NCBI RefSeq assembly: GCF_000002075.1
Contig: NW_004797506.1
Coordinates: 19,568-83,567 of the forward strand
Length of the DNA: 64,000 bases
Source: Aplysia californica
Lineage: Eukaryota
Direction: 5' to 3'
This document shows, one piece after another, positions 36,101 to 50,700 of the stretch. The notes beneath the pieces are model-generated. The model ran no database searches. It saw only the letters and a program-made list of their open reading frames with translations, and was not told where the DNA came from. The position numbers and the translations under genes were made by a program. Every line of letters begins with the position of its first letter. Within the stretch, counting starts at the first letter, position 1.

Positions 36101-39100
36101 TAACTTTTAGCCAAATTTACCTGTCCAAATAGTAGGTACCAGAAACTAAATTTTCAAACTAGCTGTATGCCAAATTTATCTGTTCCATTTGAAAGGCCTA
36201 TATCCACTGAGCATTTTGGTACCATTCTTTAACCTCTCCGTCAATTTTTAAGAAAATTGTAATTGTTTAAAATTTGATCAAATTTGTTAAAGTCAGTCAC
36301 TGGCTGCAACCTCATGTTTGACAGACAATAAAAAAAGTACCAAGTGCACTAAACATCTCCACATTAACAGAGTACAAACACTATAACAAATGTATGGAGC
36401 CTAATTTTTTTCAAGACTGTGAGATCTTTACAAATCAGTATTTTATCGCCTCAAACACGATGATCTGTCGTTATTTCGACAAAAACACAGAGCGTTGACC
36501 CGGCGGCGCAGCACCGGCCCCCGAGGCGAGCGAGTCAGCTCTATACTGTAGTGTACCCCATGTGCGGGGTCACATGCTTTCTGAGTCTTGCGGAAGGATT
36601 GATAAAAAATAATTCCAAGTTAATTACTTTATTCTAATAGAAAATGAACTGATCTTTTAATTGATACCTTTTATAAGTCGGTATTTTACATATTTTGTGT
36701 AAAAAGGGATCTTTAAACATTTTGACGGTATTTTTAAAAGCTTTCTATAAAGACGCCAAAGGCTAAACTTATATCACGGGAAAGCCCGTTTAAAGCTCTA
36801 CAGTTCTCCGCCAATGAAAAGACGGTATTTAATCATCCCTCGTTCCGCGAAGCATTTGAATGCACGCGTGTCAATTTTTCAACCCGCCGACCTCGCATTC
36901 CGACCGCGAGGGGCTTCGCTTTCGTCGGCGATTCTCCAGCTCCTAATAATCGGACATATAAACAACTTACACCATTGTAACGAGGAAAAGCTGAACTATT
37001 ACAAGGTGTACGGCATTTGGTGTTTTATAGCGAAAGAGCAAAGAAACAGCGATCGGAATTACCCCGATTTTACCGATACCACGCGGTCGGAAAGCCGCGT
37101 GTGCCCGCGAGGCCGTGTTTACTCTACCTACAAATAGTCACTACAACATTAGACTCTAAACAGCTAAAATGTGTATAATAGCCTTGCTGTTTAGTTTTTT
37201 TCACTCTCCTGCAAAATTGACAGAAAGCGGATTAGACATTTAGAATCCCGCAGCAACAGTGTGAAGCCTCTGAAAGAAAAACACACAGGAGATCATCAGA
37301 GCTTCAAATTGAAACATAAAGATATGATGTAGCCCAGCGACATGACATGTAGACAGCAGCATGGACCAATGACACCAACACAGACAGTGTGTGACAATTT
37401 ACCTGTGATGCTGTCACATGATTCCCAAGTGTACTTCTCTAGCGTCTGTGCATGCTCAGGTCGGATTCTCTGTGGGGTCGGCTGATGATCAGACGAAACA
37501 AATCTATGTTACTCGATATTCAGGTACAATGCCCGCACCCACACCCCCTGAAACAAAAGGTCTCAGGACATTGCCCCCACTCTTGTAACCCTCTCGCCAA
37601 GCAAGTGTCCTGGGTGAGATCTGTCTGAGAGGCTAATGATCGATATATCACGATTATCTTCATAGAGAAGATTATGTACTCATCTATTCCTAAGTTGTGT
37701 GTTATATATATATATATGTTAATATAAGAACCCTACAAAACTATTTAAATTTAAATGGTTGTGGGTTTTAATTCCTGAATCAACTGGGTCCAGCCTTGCG
37801 CCCCTGAGTAAAACGTTTACATGACACTATCACCACTCCTTCATTTGGTCAACAAGCAACTGAAAAGCATCCTTTCCATACAAGGAGCAGGGATCTGGTA
37901 GCCTACCAATCTGTCCTGCTTGACATTGGATATCATTGGCCAGCTGTTTAACTGTGTTAAGCCCCAAATTCTAATTCTTCTTAATGGGTCCCCAGAGTAG
38001 TTCCGTACGAAAACGAAAGTGCAATAATCGAGTAGTTCTTATCATGGCCTTTCCAACGATACTAAACTTGATTACCTTGCAGCCACGGAAAGTGTTGTTG
38101 TCAAGTGGTAAAGTTTAGCATTTCTTGACGTTTTGTTAGAATTTTTTTGCCCCCCCTACCGCTTTCAAATACATTTTTATATATATCAGAGGTCTCCTTA
38201 GGTTTTGGGACCTTCACAAACGGATTCTTGACACATTTTTCTGTAAGAATATCCAAATACTCGAAGTTCCATTTTTTTTTAGCAAATACCCGATTTTCTA
38301 GGGGATCGAGACCCGCGGATTCCCTTAATCTGTGATGTCAGCAGCATGTACTCAAGAAATATTTTGTCTAAATTCAAATTCTAAGTATAGAAAAAGGCAA
38401 GAAAAGATATTTCATTTAAGTACAATTGTTAATACAATGAAACATTTTTTTCTCTCTCGTGTAAAATTTCGCTTTCTTGGCTTAGTGCATTTACGATATG
38501 CTCTCTGGCTCTGTAAGTCTCAATTTTCCTTTCACAATCTGACGATGCAGATACACACAAGTCACTCCCTGGGTGCATAACAGCATGACTCTGTGTCTCT
38601 ATGACATCTCCACACTAGACACCTACCTGTAACAACAAGAGCAGCAACACTCTAGTGATCTCACACTTGGCCAAGACATCACAGTATGCACCAATTGGCT
38701 GACCTGTGCTGGAAGAACCTACAAAAATAGAAGGTGACATTCAGGGAAACTGGATGTGGAAGTGATTCCACTACATTAGGGTAAAACCAGGTATCAAGTG
38801 ATTCAACTACATTTCAATGGCTGAGTGCAAGACTCCAACCAATGTCAGATGGCAAAATGGCACAGCAGTGCAGAGAAATATAAGTTAAATTGATTAAGGG
38901 AAATTGTATAAGAAGTCTTCTCCTTCTTCTTCTTCTTTGTGTTCCCCCACCAGATCTCAGGGGTAGATGACTACTGATTCTTCAACCTGCAGAGCAGCTG
39001 ATTTTTACATCTGAGACCGTTTGTCCTAATTCGTAGGGCCCCTTGCTTTCAGGTACAAGGCGTTCAATCATACCTACACAAAGATCAGGGGTGTGACTGA

Positions 39101-40964
39101 AAGACAGCAGTAAGGTAGAAGCAGTGAAAGAGTCAGGAGTAACAGAGATAGGAGCCCACAGGAGGCTTTGGTGTGGGGCTGGGGGCGTGGGGGAGGGGTT
39201 ATAAAAAGGAAATGAAAGCAGATGACAGAAGACGCCTAGAGAACCGGAAAGAAGTTGAATGGAGAAATATTTAATCGCTGTCAGGTTCTGATCCTGGGAC
39301 CTTTAGAAAAAGAGGTGAATGTTGTACCTCTAGACTACAAGAGCCCCTGATATGAAGAGAGTCCAATACATTAAGGGAAACTGGGTATGAAGTAATCAGA
39401 TTTATCAATGGACTTTATGTTTCAATCAAGAGCATAAAAACATAAACCCACAAAGGAATAAAAAGGACAGTCCTAATAATACATTATGTCTTCTTTCCAG
39501 TAAACACAGTGACAAACCAGACACTAGTCACAAAGGGAAAAATTCTCATACTAATAGCAAGGAGACAATTCAGCTCGTTTGGTACCATGCTTGTCAACAA
39601 CGCAGATGACCTTAATTCAAGTCCATAAGTCCTATTAGAGGTCCCACTTATTGAATAACCTTACAGCATTGAAAGCATTGTAAAACTTATACCTTGCTGT
39701 ACATCCATACGATAACCCTCATTTAGTTCCAGGAAAGAGCAAACCAATAATGAAAGGGAGAGCAAAGAAGTAAGACCGACCGGTGGCACCTTCCAACCGC
39801 CCGCCAAAATAAATACAACAACTGCAACAAATCAGGGCCGTTCACAGTACAAAAAGGAGAATAAAACACAAAGATAAGCAGACAAAAAGAAGCAGGGGAA
39901 AGGACACTTACCTCCTCTCTCATGAGCCAGATATGCCATTTCTGTGAGAACAGCCAAGGCTCCTTCATAGTCTCCTGAATAGAATCAAACAACAGAAACA
40001 AAAACATTTATGACACACTTCAACATTGACTCCTTGTGATGATGTTGTAAAATCAAATCAGCTAAATTCACAAAAATCTAATTCTAGATGTCCTTTCAAA
40101 GGCAAATGTCAGAACATAGGGCACATCCTTCTGATATTGGCATGTTTCCAGTGACATTATATCACTATCAGTGATAATTTCCAAACATTGACAGGTCAAA
40201 CAAAATGAGTATTTTAGATTGACAGTCTATGAAGACACCCATCTTAAATGGGTTAGGTAGTAGGGCGTCAAGTGGGTGTTAATTATTACATAATAATAAC
40301 ACAACATCGACAACTCTTTGCCTGTCAGCGTCCTGAGATATTATCCAACTTACTCGACTCCATCTTGCACTTGGCCACCATGTTTAAAGCATCAAGACAA
40401 TCCAGTGCACTCTGCAACAAGTTTGTGAGGGAGATGAAGAGAATTCCAAAGGCACAAAAGCAAAAGGGTAACATTTCTCTTAAGTGCAAAATTATTAAGA
40501 TTGGGTGACCTTATTTAGGCCACATATGGCCTAAATAAGCTAAACCCCCCTCCCTTGCCTTATTTAGGCCACAGTCCACTGTGGCCGAAATAAGCTAAAC
40601 CCCCCTCCCTTACCTTATTTAGGCCACATCTTATAGTAGATTTCTTGAACTAACCATGGATTCGGAAGGTCGAGATTCTACTGATCTTTTTATTTAGTGC
40701 AGGGGATTATTTTAAAATAGAGGATGATACTAAATGAAAAGTGGACCAAGGGTAAGAGTTGTGTGTCTGTGTGTGTGTGTGTGTGAGTGTGTGTGTATGT
40801 GTTTGTTTTGTGTGTGGTTGTGGTGAGAGAGATCTAGAGAGAGAGAGTAAATGTAATAGTGTGTTTGTATGTGTGTGTTGTGAAGGAAGGGGGTGGGGGA
40901 GGGAAAAATAGTCTACGTGAATGACCGCCGGTCAGTTCTATAAACCACAAGCCGCCACTGTATT

Positions 40965-41001
<37 letters not shown>

Positions 41002-44000
41002 ATTTTATTATGTATACTAAAAGACTGAGCGAAGGCTTACAATGTAAATTCTGTGCTCTACAAGTAGAGAAAATCCTAAGTTTGCGCAAAACAGATTTTA
41101 GAAAAAAAGTTGGATCTAATTTCTGTAATAAAAGTAAAAGTGATAGTTATGCTGCGATTTGTTATTATTAACTCTGGAAATACAGTTAGTTGCTGAATCT
41201 AAAAATAACTAGAACTGTGCAATTCGTTTTATTTCAATTCCAAAGCCCAAAGGCATAGCAAAAAGTAAGTTAGATCTAGATCTAGCAGTTGTAGGCTCTC
41301 TGGCTGCTTCTAGCATAGGCCTGCTACTACTGATTCTAAACAGGGAATCTAGATCTAGCTATCGCCTGCACTATTAAAGTCAAATATATGGTAAAATAAA
41401 AACAAAACTGAATTTTTTGTCAGTCAGTACATCCCAATTGCCATAGCCGCATGTATTAATAGTTGAATAATGCGATACCGAAGCAACACATTATCAGTGT
41501 GCAGAGGAGAGCGAGGTGCCCGGGTCGCTGACCGGTCGATTCGGTGGTTCGGCTTTTGTAGATCTATGCATTTTTTACGGAAAGCCCTATTACTAGATCT
41601 ATTAGTGTTGTGAAAACTTCAACCTCTACAGCTCAGGCGTCAAAAGATGCTGGAAAATAATAATACGTCCTGAAGTTTAATAATTTATACAGAATAACAC
41701 AGTACACAGCCAGTAGTTTTTATTTCATCGAGTTATAAAAATGGCCTTCGTATAAAAATTGCCTTGTTTTCAGAAGCAAATTTTAATAGTTCTAGTTCTA
41801 CCGAATCGATTTTCACGCGAATTTAACCATTTTGATGATCTTTCTTTTCCAAACAAACCGCTGTAAACCTTAAGATGTAGATCTAGGCCTGTCGGATGTG
41901 GCAGTGCGATTAACACTGAGTTGTTTAGATCTAGATCTAGACCCACAAAACACGAGGCTTCGTGGCCGATCACAAAAGTCTACGTCGGGGCTTATCGAGG
42001 CCAATTCGCCCTGCCGCGAGCACGTTCACTAAACTGCCTACTAGATAGAATCTACTACCAAAGATTCTCTACACGATCTTTGCTACTACTACTACATGTA
42101 CTACTACGAGACAGTACGAGAGAGTGTCACTCAGGCAAAGCTAGACCAGTGTAACTTTGACTCAGCCACGTAGTGTACACACTTTTTATACCCCAAATTT
42201 ACCCCGGAAGTCCATTCGGAGGATTTGACCTTTTCACTTGACCAAAGTGTGCCAAAATGGTAGCCTAGCTTTTGCCCCTCCATGAAGGAAAAATCTGGCC
42301 CTCATTCAAACCATTGGGATTGAGCAAAATTGTGCGTATTGTGCTTTGTTCTTTACAATATTCATTATGATTATGATCTATAAGCTGTACACTGAGACAA
42401 AACCATACTAAATGAGAAAGGTTCACCATTATGAAAGTGGAACGAACTCAGTTGCCTGAAAACGGTAGTTTGAGCATGTGTGGCCTAAATAAGCTAAACC
42501 CCCCTCCCTTACCTTATTTAGGCCACAGTCCACTGTGGCCTAAATAAGCTAAACCCCCCTCCTTACCTTATTTAGGCCATATGTGGCCTAAATAAGCACT
42601 CCCATTAAGATTTACTGCTTAAAATAGAAAACATCACAAGGTACCACCCATCGCCAATCAAACACAAGTTTACCTGACTACAACAAGATAACATCAAATC
42701 CTGTGAAAAACGAACCTTCGATTCAGATACAGGCAAGAGGTGCATAATTTTTCATATCATCACTTGCGTAAGAAAAAGGCGTAACTCCAAACTTGTTTTA
42801 GCTCACTCTGTAATGCATGGTCAAATGGAGTTAAGCATTTTTCTTGCAATAAAATTAACACAAATTTTAATAACAATATATCAGATTTAACAAAAAAGCA
42901 AACTGTGACCAGCTCAGACCTTTACACTAGAATCACAGAAAGTAGCACATTGTTTAAAAGGATTTTGATTTGCAAAGCTATGACAAATAAAACATACATC
43001 TATATATGCATACAAGTAAGTGCCAAGACATACATTATACACTACAAAAGCACAACATTCACACAAATACAAACATCCCACTTGCACACTCACAAACACA
43101 TTTAAGCAGACACACATCAACACACACATGCGTACACATATAAACACAAATGTCGCACCTGTGACTGTAGCTCCGCAGCACGCTGAAAGTGGACAATAGC
43201 CTCCCCAGGTTTGCTTACTTTCTGGAGAGAAAAAAAAAGAGACATAAGAAATGATGTCCATCACATGACTGAAATCAAAAGCCTACAGCTAGCTGACACC
43301 ACAAAGGTCATATCTACAGCATCTACTAGCTTCACGAGGCCTATCATGGGAAGGACTTTCAGAACTATCACTGCCTCTTAAAAAAACGTAGTGTTGCAAG
43401 AGGTGTTAGACCAATACAGTTTCACACATTTTGCAGAGCTATCACAAGACCAGTGTCGGCCACATAACCAGTATCATCCGGACAGCATTAGCAACACAAC
43501 TATAGAGCAGTCAAATATTTGTGGCGCAACTTATCCTCAAATATCTCTTTTTCAGGTAGGCCAATGTCACCCATACCTTGCATAGCAGTTGGTGTCATTT
43601 TGTCTAAGCTTAATTATATTTTTCCACAACAATAGAGGCTATATTTAAACAATTTTTTTCATTAATTTATATAAAATACTCCGTCACCCGGAAAATGGGA
43701 TTGTTCACGTCACAGCACTTCCATTTTTTCACACACACTTTGCATGCACATATGGCCTGCTTCACAACTAATCAGTGACCCTTTTTAGTGGCAAAACTTG
43801 TTACAAGAAATTAATTCTAAAGTGAACACATTTTTTGCACTAAAGTTTCTCAAAACAAGTGTTCAATAAGCATAATTCGTGATTAGAAAAAAATTGACGG
43901 ACCTGCTTTTAAAAGTGATATTGCCCCAGCTGTAGACCTTTTAAAATCTGTAGAAACCACCCACTTGTATTTTTTTATTAGCATTTATTAAGGAATCTTC

Positions 44001-47000
44001 TAGAATATGGCCAACAGAAGTTTTCAAAAATATTGATCTGTTAAGACAAATTGATATATGTCATAGTGCAAAAGCTGGAGAGTCTATGTTCGATAGTTCT
44101 GGAATTTTTTACTGCACTATACCATTAGGCAAAAAAACAGTGTAACACTTCTTTCCGAAATTCGTAAGGCCAACATCATCAAACACATCCACTCTCCATA
44201 AATGTTATTTCTCCAACCCACTGGGAGAGGTGGGCATCTGTCTAGTACAGCATTATAAAAAATATAATAAATAATAATGTGAGTACATAGACACACATAC
44301 ACATACTGAATACAGGTTAGACCTCATGAAAATCACACAAAAGTTCAGAATCCACAAACATGATACACCTGGAACAGCCCACCATCCGTTGCATGTGGCC
44401 ACTCACCCTTAGAACATTGCCCACCTCCAGGCACAGTGAAGCAGCCAGGGCAATCTGCTTGTTCTCTATGTGTACCTGCAAGACACATCAGAGACACTAT
44501 TGTGAACAAACTGACATCACACTATATAACCAAACACAATGATTAGAAGAAAAGTGAAAAGGGATGGGCCGGTAACTATGACTATGTCTATAACTTTCCA
44601 AAAACAATCTGAAAGTATACATTAGCCATTCCAGCAACCATTGTTCTAAGTTTGTATGTATATGTATAGTATAGGGTTTTACGGCGCTCGCAACTGCTAA
44701 GGTCATATGAGCGCGCCGTTCTAAGATCAGGGTTCCTGCCATGAACTTCCCACCAAATTCAAGGACATTTCAAGGAGGTTTCAAGGAGAAATTTTTTTAA
44801 TTCAAGGAGATTTGGTCAAGAAATTCATGACAAAAGCCTATTTTCGAAGGTCTACACTTGTCCGAAAAGAATCATATCATAGTTTCGATTTCCCTACAAA
44901 AACTGTTCACAGGATGACTGCCAACCCGGCTTCTCAATTTTCCGGTGGGGGGGCCTCATCCATTCTCCAGGGCATGTTACATAACAATGACTGTGCATGC
45001 TTCATTTATATATTATTTATTAATATATACACAGAATGGTGCGCACGCACGCATGTAGGTACATTCCAGTCAGCAACATGTCAGTGTGGCACTGGCATAC
45101 TGTGACTTAGGTATTGCAGTCAGTTCTTACTTATTTATATTTTCCCCTCATCATATTCCCCTATATAAACTATATAAAAATGAATCTTGCTTTGAGCCTG
45201 AGAAAAGGCCTAGAACCAGAATATCCACTGTCAAGAACCAGTTTGGGTGTCAAGGTTTATACAATATACCTAAAAGATAAAAATTATTACTCTAACTAAA
45301 AATAGAGTAATAACATGAATGTCTCAAGTAGACCTATTCAGTGTGAGAGGTGTAAAAACTGTGGGAGGGCAAGACGCAGTGACACTGAAAATCTGCAAAT
45401 CTTGAACAGAGAGCTCAAAAATAGAATACAATAAAGTAGTCTCCGCCTAAGATCCCGGTGCTCGGGAGCCAAGAAATGCGGGATCTTAAGCGAACCGGGA
45501 TCTTAACCAACGAACCCAGGGAAGAATCTATGGTGACCCATGTTAAGGCTCACAATCGGTAAAATGGTCTCCCTCCACTCTAAAATGAACTGATGTGACC
45601 CCTTGGTGGGTTTATGACATACGGCGAGCAAAGTGTGGTTAACCTTGATGACCTATCACAGTGCATAGTGGCATGAGGCGTGCCATTTTCACAAATTATC
45701 CTATCATGGTTCTCAATATCTACGCTTATCCAGCTGCCCCTCCCCTTTACCTGTANNNNNNNNNNNNNNNNNNNNNNNNNNNNNNNNNNNNNNNNNNNNN
45801 NNNNNNNNNNNNNNNNNNNNNNNNNNNNNNNNNNNNNNNNNNNNNNNNNNNNNNNCCCGTCGGATTATGCGACTGTGCGGCCGGGGCACGATGCCGTTTT
45901 TTCTCATAATCCTGCAACATTTGCATAATTTGGATTCCCCGTGTTTTGTCACGGTTTTTTTCCCCAATTATTCACAAAACAATAATTATTTAACTTAACT
46001 GCCTCGCCATGTGACTAAAGGGAAGTAATGACAGTAATTTTTATATAATAATTAAGTCTCATTTAAGTGATAAGTTTGTTATTTCCCTTGTAAGAAGATC
46101 TTGGTTAAGTTAATGGTTTATGGGTTAGGGATTTTGTTCCTTGAGCATGTTCAATTTTTCAATCCATCAAAAGTTGTTCTCATGTCTGCTGATGTTTCAT
46201 GTGTGACCGGTGTCCCTGGTTTTACTGATGTGCCAGCATCACAGGGTTTTGTGTCTTTCCTCCAACGTCTACAGCTGAAAGCTACACAGATTAGAGACAA
46301 TATTCTGTTGTTGTTTTTTTCTGACTCATGTGTATTGTTTTCTTTTTTAATACACAACAAATTACTGATACTGATATGTTCTGTTTTCAATTTTTCTGTA
46401 CATATAACTTGAAAATTCTTGTTGAAAAAATGCAAAACATGTTGCGAAGGGCGTTACGGTAACTTGCATAATTTTTGCATAATTTTGCATTTTTCTTGCC
46501 TAATTTGGCCATCTAAATTTGCATAGAGCTAATTCTGCGGGGACAGCCTTAAGGCCGTGATCAATTATACATCCCAGAACTAGTCAGAATGAGATACATC
46601 ATGTTTAGAAACTGTGGTCCTTGTGTTCATCACAAAGATTCCTTTAAGAAGCTTTAAAAACGTGGAACCGCGCGCTCAAAATTCATAACAGCTGAAAGAA
46701 TTTATAAAATAATATGCCTGTTGTTTATGTACAGAATTGTTATTCCCAATACAACTGCCTTCCTTTGTTTCAAACTACATTGTATATTATATTTGTGAAA
46801 GTTCCTCACTTTGGTTGCCTAAAAACGTCCGCACAGCTAAACTTTCAAATTTGAACAAATTAATGGTTGTTCAGAATCATTTAAAGGGTGCACTGATATA
46901 ATATTGAGGGGTCTGAAGTCACTGTTGTTTAATTTTCAGTTTTTCATTAGTTTCGTTTATATCTAATCTTGGGAAAGTCAGTCTTCTAAGACGCCATTGT

Positions 47001-47666
47001 AAACAAGTGAGGCTTCCGTTCACAAGCGGTGCGCACTGGTTCCACAATGACTTGACGATGGATTCTTTGTGAGTCCGTTCATGGAACGTGTCCCCGGCTA
47101 ACAGAGTAATATTCAGAACTTGGGAAAAATAACATTGTTTACTGATCTGATGTAAATGCTGCTTAGTTGAAATCTTTGGAAATGTTTGCTCTTTCATAGA
47201 TTCTATTTTTTATGCTATTCATCGTTTGCCTAACGTTTTCCTACTATCAAGACGTTCAGATGTGAATTTTTGTATTTTTGTTTGCAGGTGCTCCCCCCCA
47301 CCCCCCACTCCCCANNNNNNNNNNNNNNNNNNNNNNNNNNNNNNNNNNNNNNNNNNNNNNNNNNNNNNNNNNNNNNNNNNNNNNNNNNNNNNNNNNNNNN
47401 NNNNNNNNNNNNNNNNNNNNNNNNNNNNNNNNNNNNNNNNNNNNNNNNNNNNNNNNNNNNNNNNNNNNNNNNNNNNNNNNNNNNNNNNNNNNNNNCACCC
47501 CCCACCCCCCACCCCCATCCCACCTTGTTTTTGTATGGAGAAATATACTTCCATTTTCGTTTGACTTTTTTCTTTCAATTTGTTGATGGCTTTCCAGGAA
47601 TTCTCAACCGCTTGGTGACTTTTCTTGTCTGGTGAATAGTACTACAATGTAACCGGTTAACACACA

Positions 47667-47710
<44 letters not shown>

Positions 47711-50700
47711 TGTTTGGAAAGTAGAGTAGGAGGGAGAGTCTTGTTTGAATTTTAGACAAAATAACTTAACAATATAAAATGTTTAAAATTTGTTTAATAG
47801 CTCAACGTTTCGCCTCGTGGGCTTCCTCAGGAGCAACTCATCATCATCATGATCATCATCTCCATCATCATCATTGTAAACAGCAAGCAATAAAAAGGGT
47901 TAATGAGACTTGCAGAATTTCCGAGAAAATTTTAAAATAAAAGTTCAATGTTTTGCCCGATCACGGGCTTCATCAGGAACAGCATCATCATCATTGCCTT
48001 TCTCCCCCTGGACCAGGATATAGGCCACGAACAAACACTTTCCACCTTTCCCTATCCTGGGCTAGTCGCTTGATGTCACTCCATGTCTTCCCACTTTTCC
48101 GTACATCCATCAGGAACAAACAAAATAAATAACGTTACAATAGTCAGATGTACCAAAGACTACGCTAGCTATAGGTACCAAAGTGTGCGCATCAACGTCA
48201 CTGAGCCAAAAGGTGCGATAAACACAGATCAGCAAGACCAGGGAAAGAGGAATGTTATTGCAAGTAGTGGTATGGATATATAATATATATATATTTATAT
48301 ATTATAATTTATATATATATGTACCGTCAAATCATATATCATTTTTAATAGGCCTATTAATGTAAAGGTAAGTAGTAATAGTAGTAGTAGCTGTTGTAGT
48401 AATAGTAGTAGTACAGTAGTCTCCGCCTAAGATCCCACCGCTTACGATCCCGGTTCGCTTAAGATCCCGCTGATTTAAGAAAACAGAATTTATACTACAC
48501 AAAAGTCACCTCTAAGATCCCGCTCTGATTCACTCTGAAGGTCTACATTCGGCTAAGATCCCGCATTTCAGGTCATAATTTGCGGAAAAAAAACCGGGCG
48601 GCACAGCCGATCAACCAAGAGTGAAAATTTGAGATCAATAAACTGTCCGTCGCATCAAAGATCAGCTGCTATCGTGAATGTGATCACATACACGTTGTAA
48701 AACTCGATGAAGCGATACAATGTTTGCCCCAGACGGGATCACATCGGGGTGTGAACTGACCGACACGTTTGTTTTCCTCGAACATCTCACTCACACCTGA
48801 GCTATCCCCATATACTTACATCACTCATTGGGTGGGTAGGGCCTACACGTTCGCTCCTGGCGGGATCACATTGAACTGTGAACTCTTCCCTGACCATTGG
48901 AGAAGTTGTTTCTACTCCCGAATTTGCAAGACAGACTGAATTTTAATTGGTGTGTTCACAACGTAATGGTGTGTAACGACAAAGGCGGTTGGGGGAGATG
49001 GAAAGCTATACATTTTCGACAGGTAAGGGGGAGGGGAGGGGCAACTTGATAAGCGTAGATCTTGAGCCTCATGATAGGATAATAAGTGAAAATGGCACGC
49101 CTCATCCCACTATGCCCTGTGATAGGTCATCAAGGTTAACCACTCTTTCCTCGCCATACGTCATAAACCCACCCAGCGGTCACGTCAGTTCATTTTAGAG
49201 ATTGTTGGAGACCATTTTACCGATTGTAAGCCTTAACATGGGTCACCATAGATTCTTCCCTGGGTTCGTCGGTTAAGATCCCGGTTCGCCTAAGATCCTG
49301 CTTTTCCTTGCTCCCGAGCACCGGGATCTTAGGCGGAGACTACTGTAGTAGTAGTAGGAGGAGGAGGAGGAGGAGGAGGAGGCTTGTCGAGTCAAATCCA
49401 GAGAAGAAAAAGGGACCTGTGCACAGCACTAAAAGCTTTCGTCGCAACAAAATTAACCTGTTCACTCCATCTCCACTCGATGTATTTTATTTTCTATTTA
49501 ATTTACCAACCGTTTCCAATAGCTGTTTTATTTTTTTTATTTTTTTTTATTTTAACTGTTTCCTCTAGCTGTAATTCAAAAATAAAGAACAGCTGGTGGA
49601 GTTGGTGGGACAATAGAAAATAAAATGGAGTTAAGGGAAACAGTTTAGAAATATTTTTTGTTAAATGCAGTTGGTGAAGACCGTTGGAAAACAGAAAATA
49701 AAATACGGTTAGAGGAAACGGTTTTAAAGTATAAAAAAATACAATTAGTGGAAACGGTTGGAAAATAGGGGAAAACAGTTTTAAAATGTAAAATGAAATA
49801 CGTCTGTTAAGACTGTTGGGAAATAGAATATAAAGTACTATTGGTGCTGACGATTGGAAAATAAAATATAAAATACAGCTATACTGCTATAGGAAAAAGT
49901 TTTTTAAAAATAGAAAATGAAAAGCATCTGGAGGAGAGGGTTGTAAAATAGAAGAAAAAACACCTAGTGGAGACGGTCAGAAAATATAAAATAAAATACA
50001 TCTAGGGAAAATGATTTTAACATAGAAAATACAATACAGCAAGTGGACAAAGTTGGAAAGTCAGAAATAAAATACAGCTAGTGGTGACGGTTAGAAAATA
50101 TATAAGAAAGTACAACTAATGAACTAATGGAGACGGTTGAAAATTATTTTTTGTAAATACGGCTAATGGAGACGATAAGAAAAAATAAAATAAAATATAG
50201 CAAGTGGAGATGGTTGGAAAATATAAAAATAAAATGCAGCTAGTGTTGACGGTTTTAGAATATATATGAAAAAAAATACAGGTAGTGTTGATGGTTTTAG
50301 AATATGAAATAAAATACAGGTAGTGTTGATGGTTTTAGAATATGAAATAAAATACAGGTAGTGTTGATGGTTTTAGAATATGAAATAAAATACAGGTAGT
50401 GTTGATGGTTTTAGAATATGAAATAAAATACAGGTAGTGTTGATGGTTTTAGAATATGAAATAAAATACAGGTAGCGTTGATGGTTTTAGAATATGAAAT
50501 AAAATACAGGTAGTGTTGATGGTTTTAGAATATGAAATAAAATACAGGTAGTGTTGATGGTTTTAGAATATGAAATAAAATACAGGTAGCGTTGATGGTT
50601 TTAGAATATGAAATAAAATACAGGTAGTGTTGATGGTTTTAGAATATGAAATAAAATACAGGTAGTGTTGATGGTTTTAGAATATGAAAAAAAATACAGG

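Noticed and set aside
50275-50700. Regular repeat array resembling a CRISPR array
   Set aside because: The units are contiguous with no unique spacers, there are no cas genes, and the context is a eukaryotic intron. It is a minisatellite.
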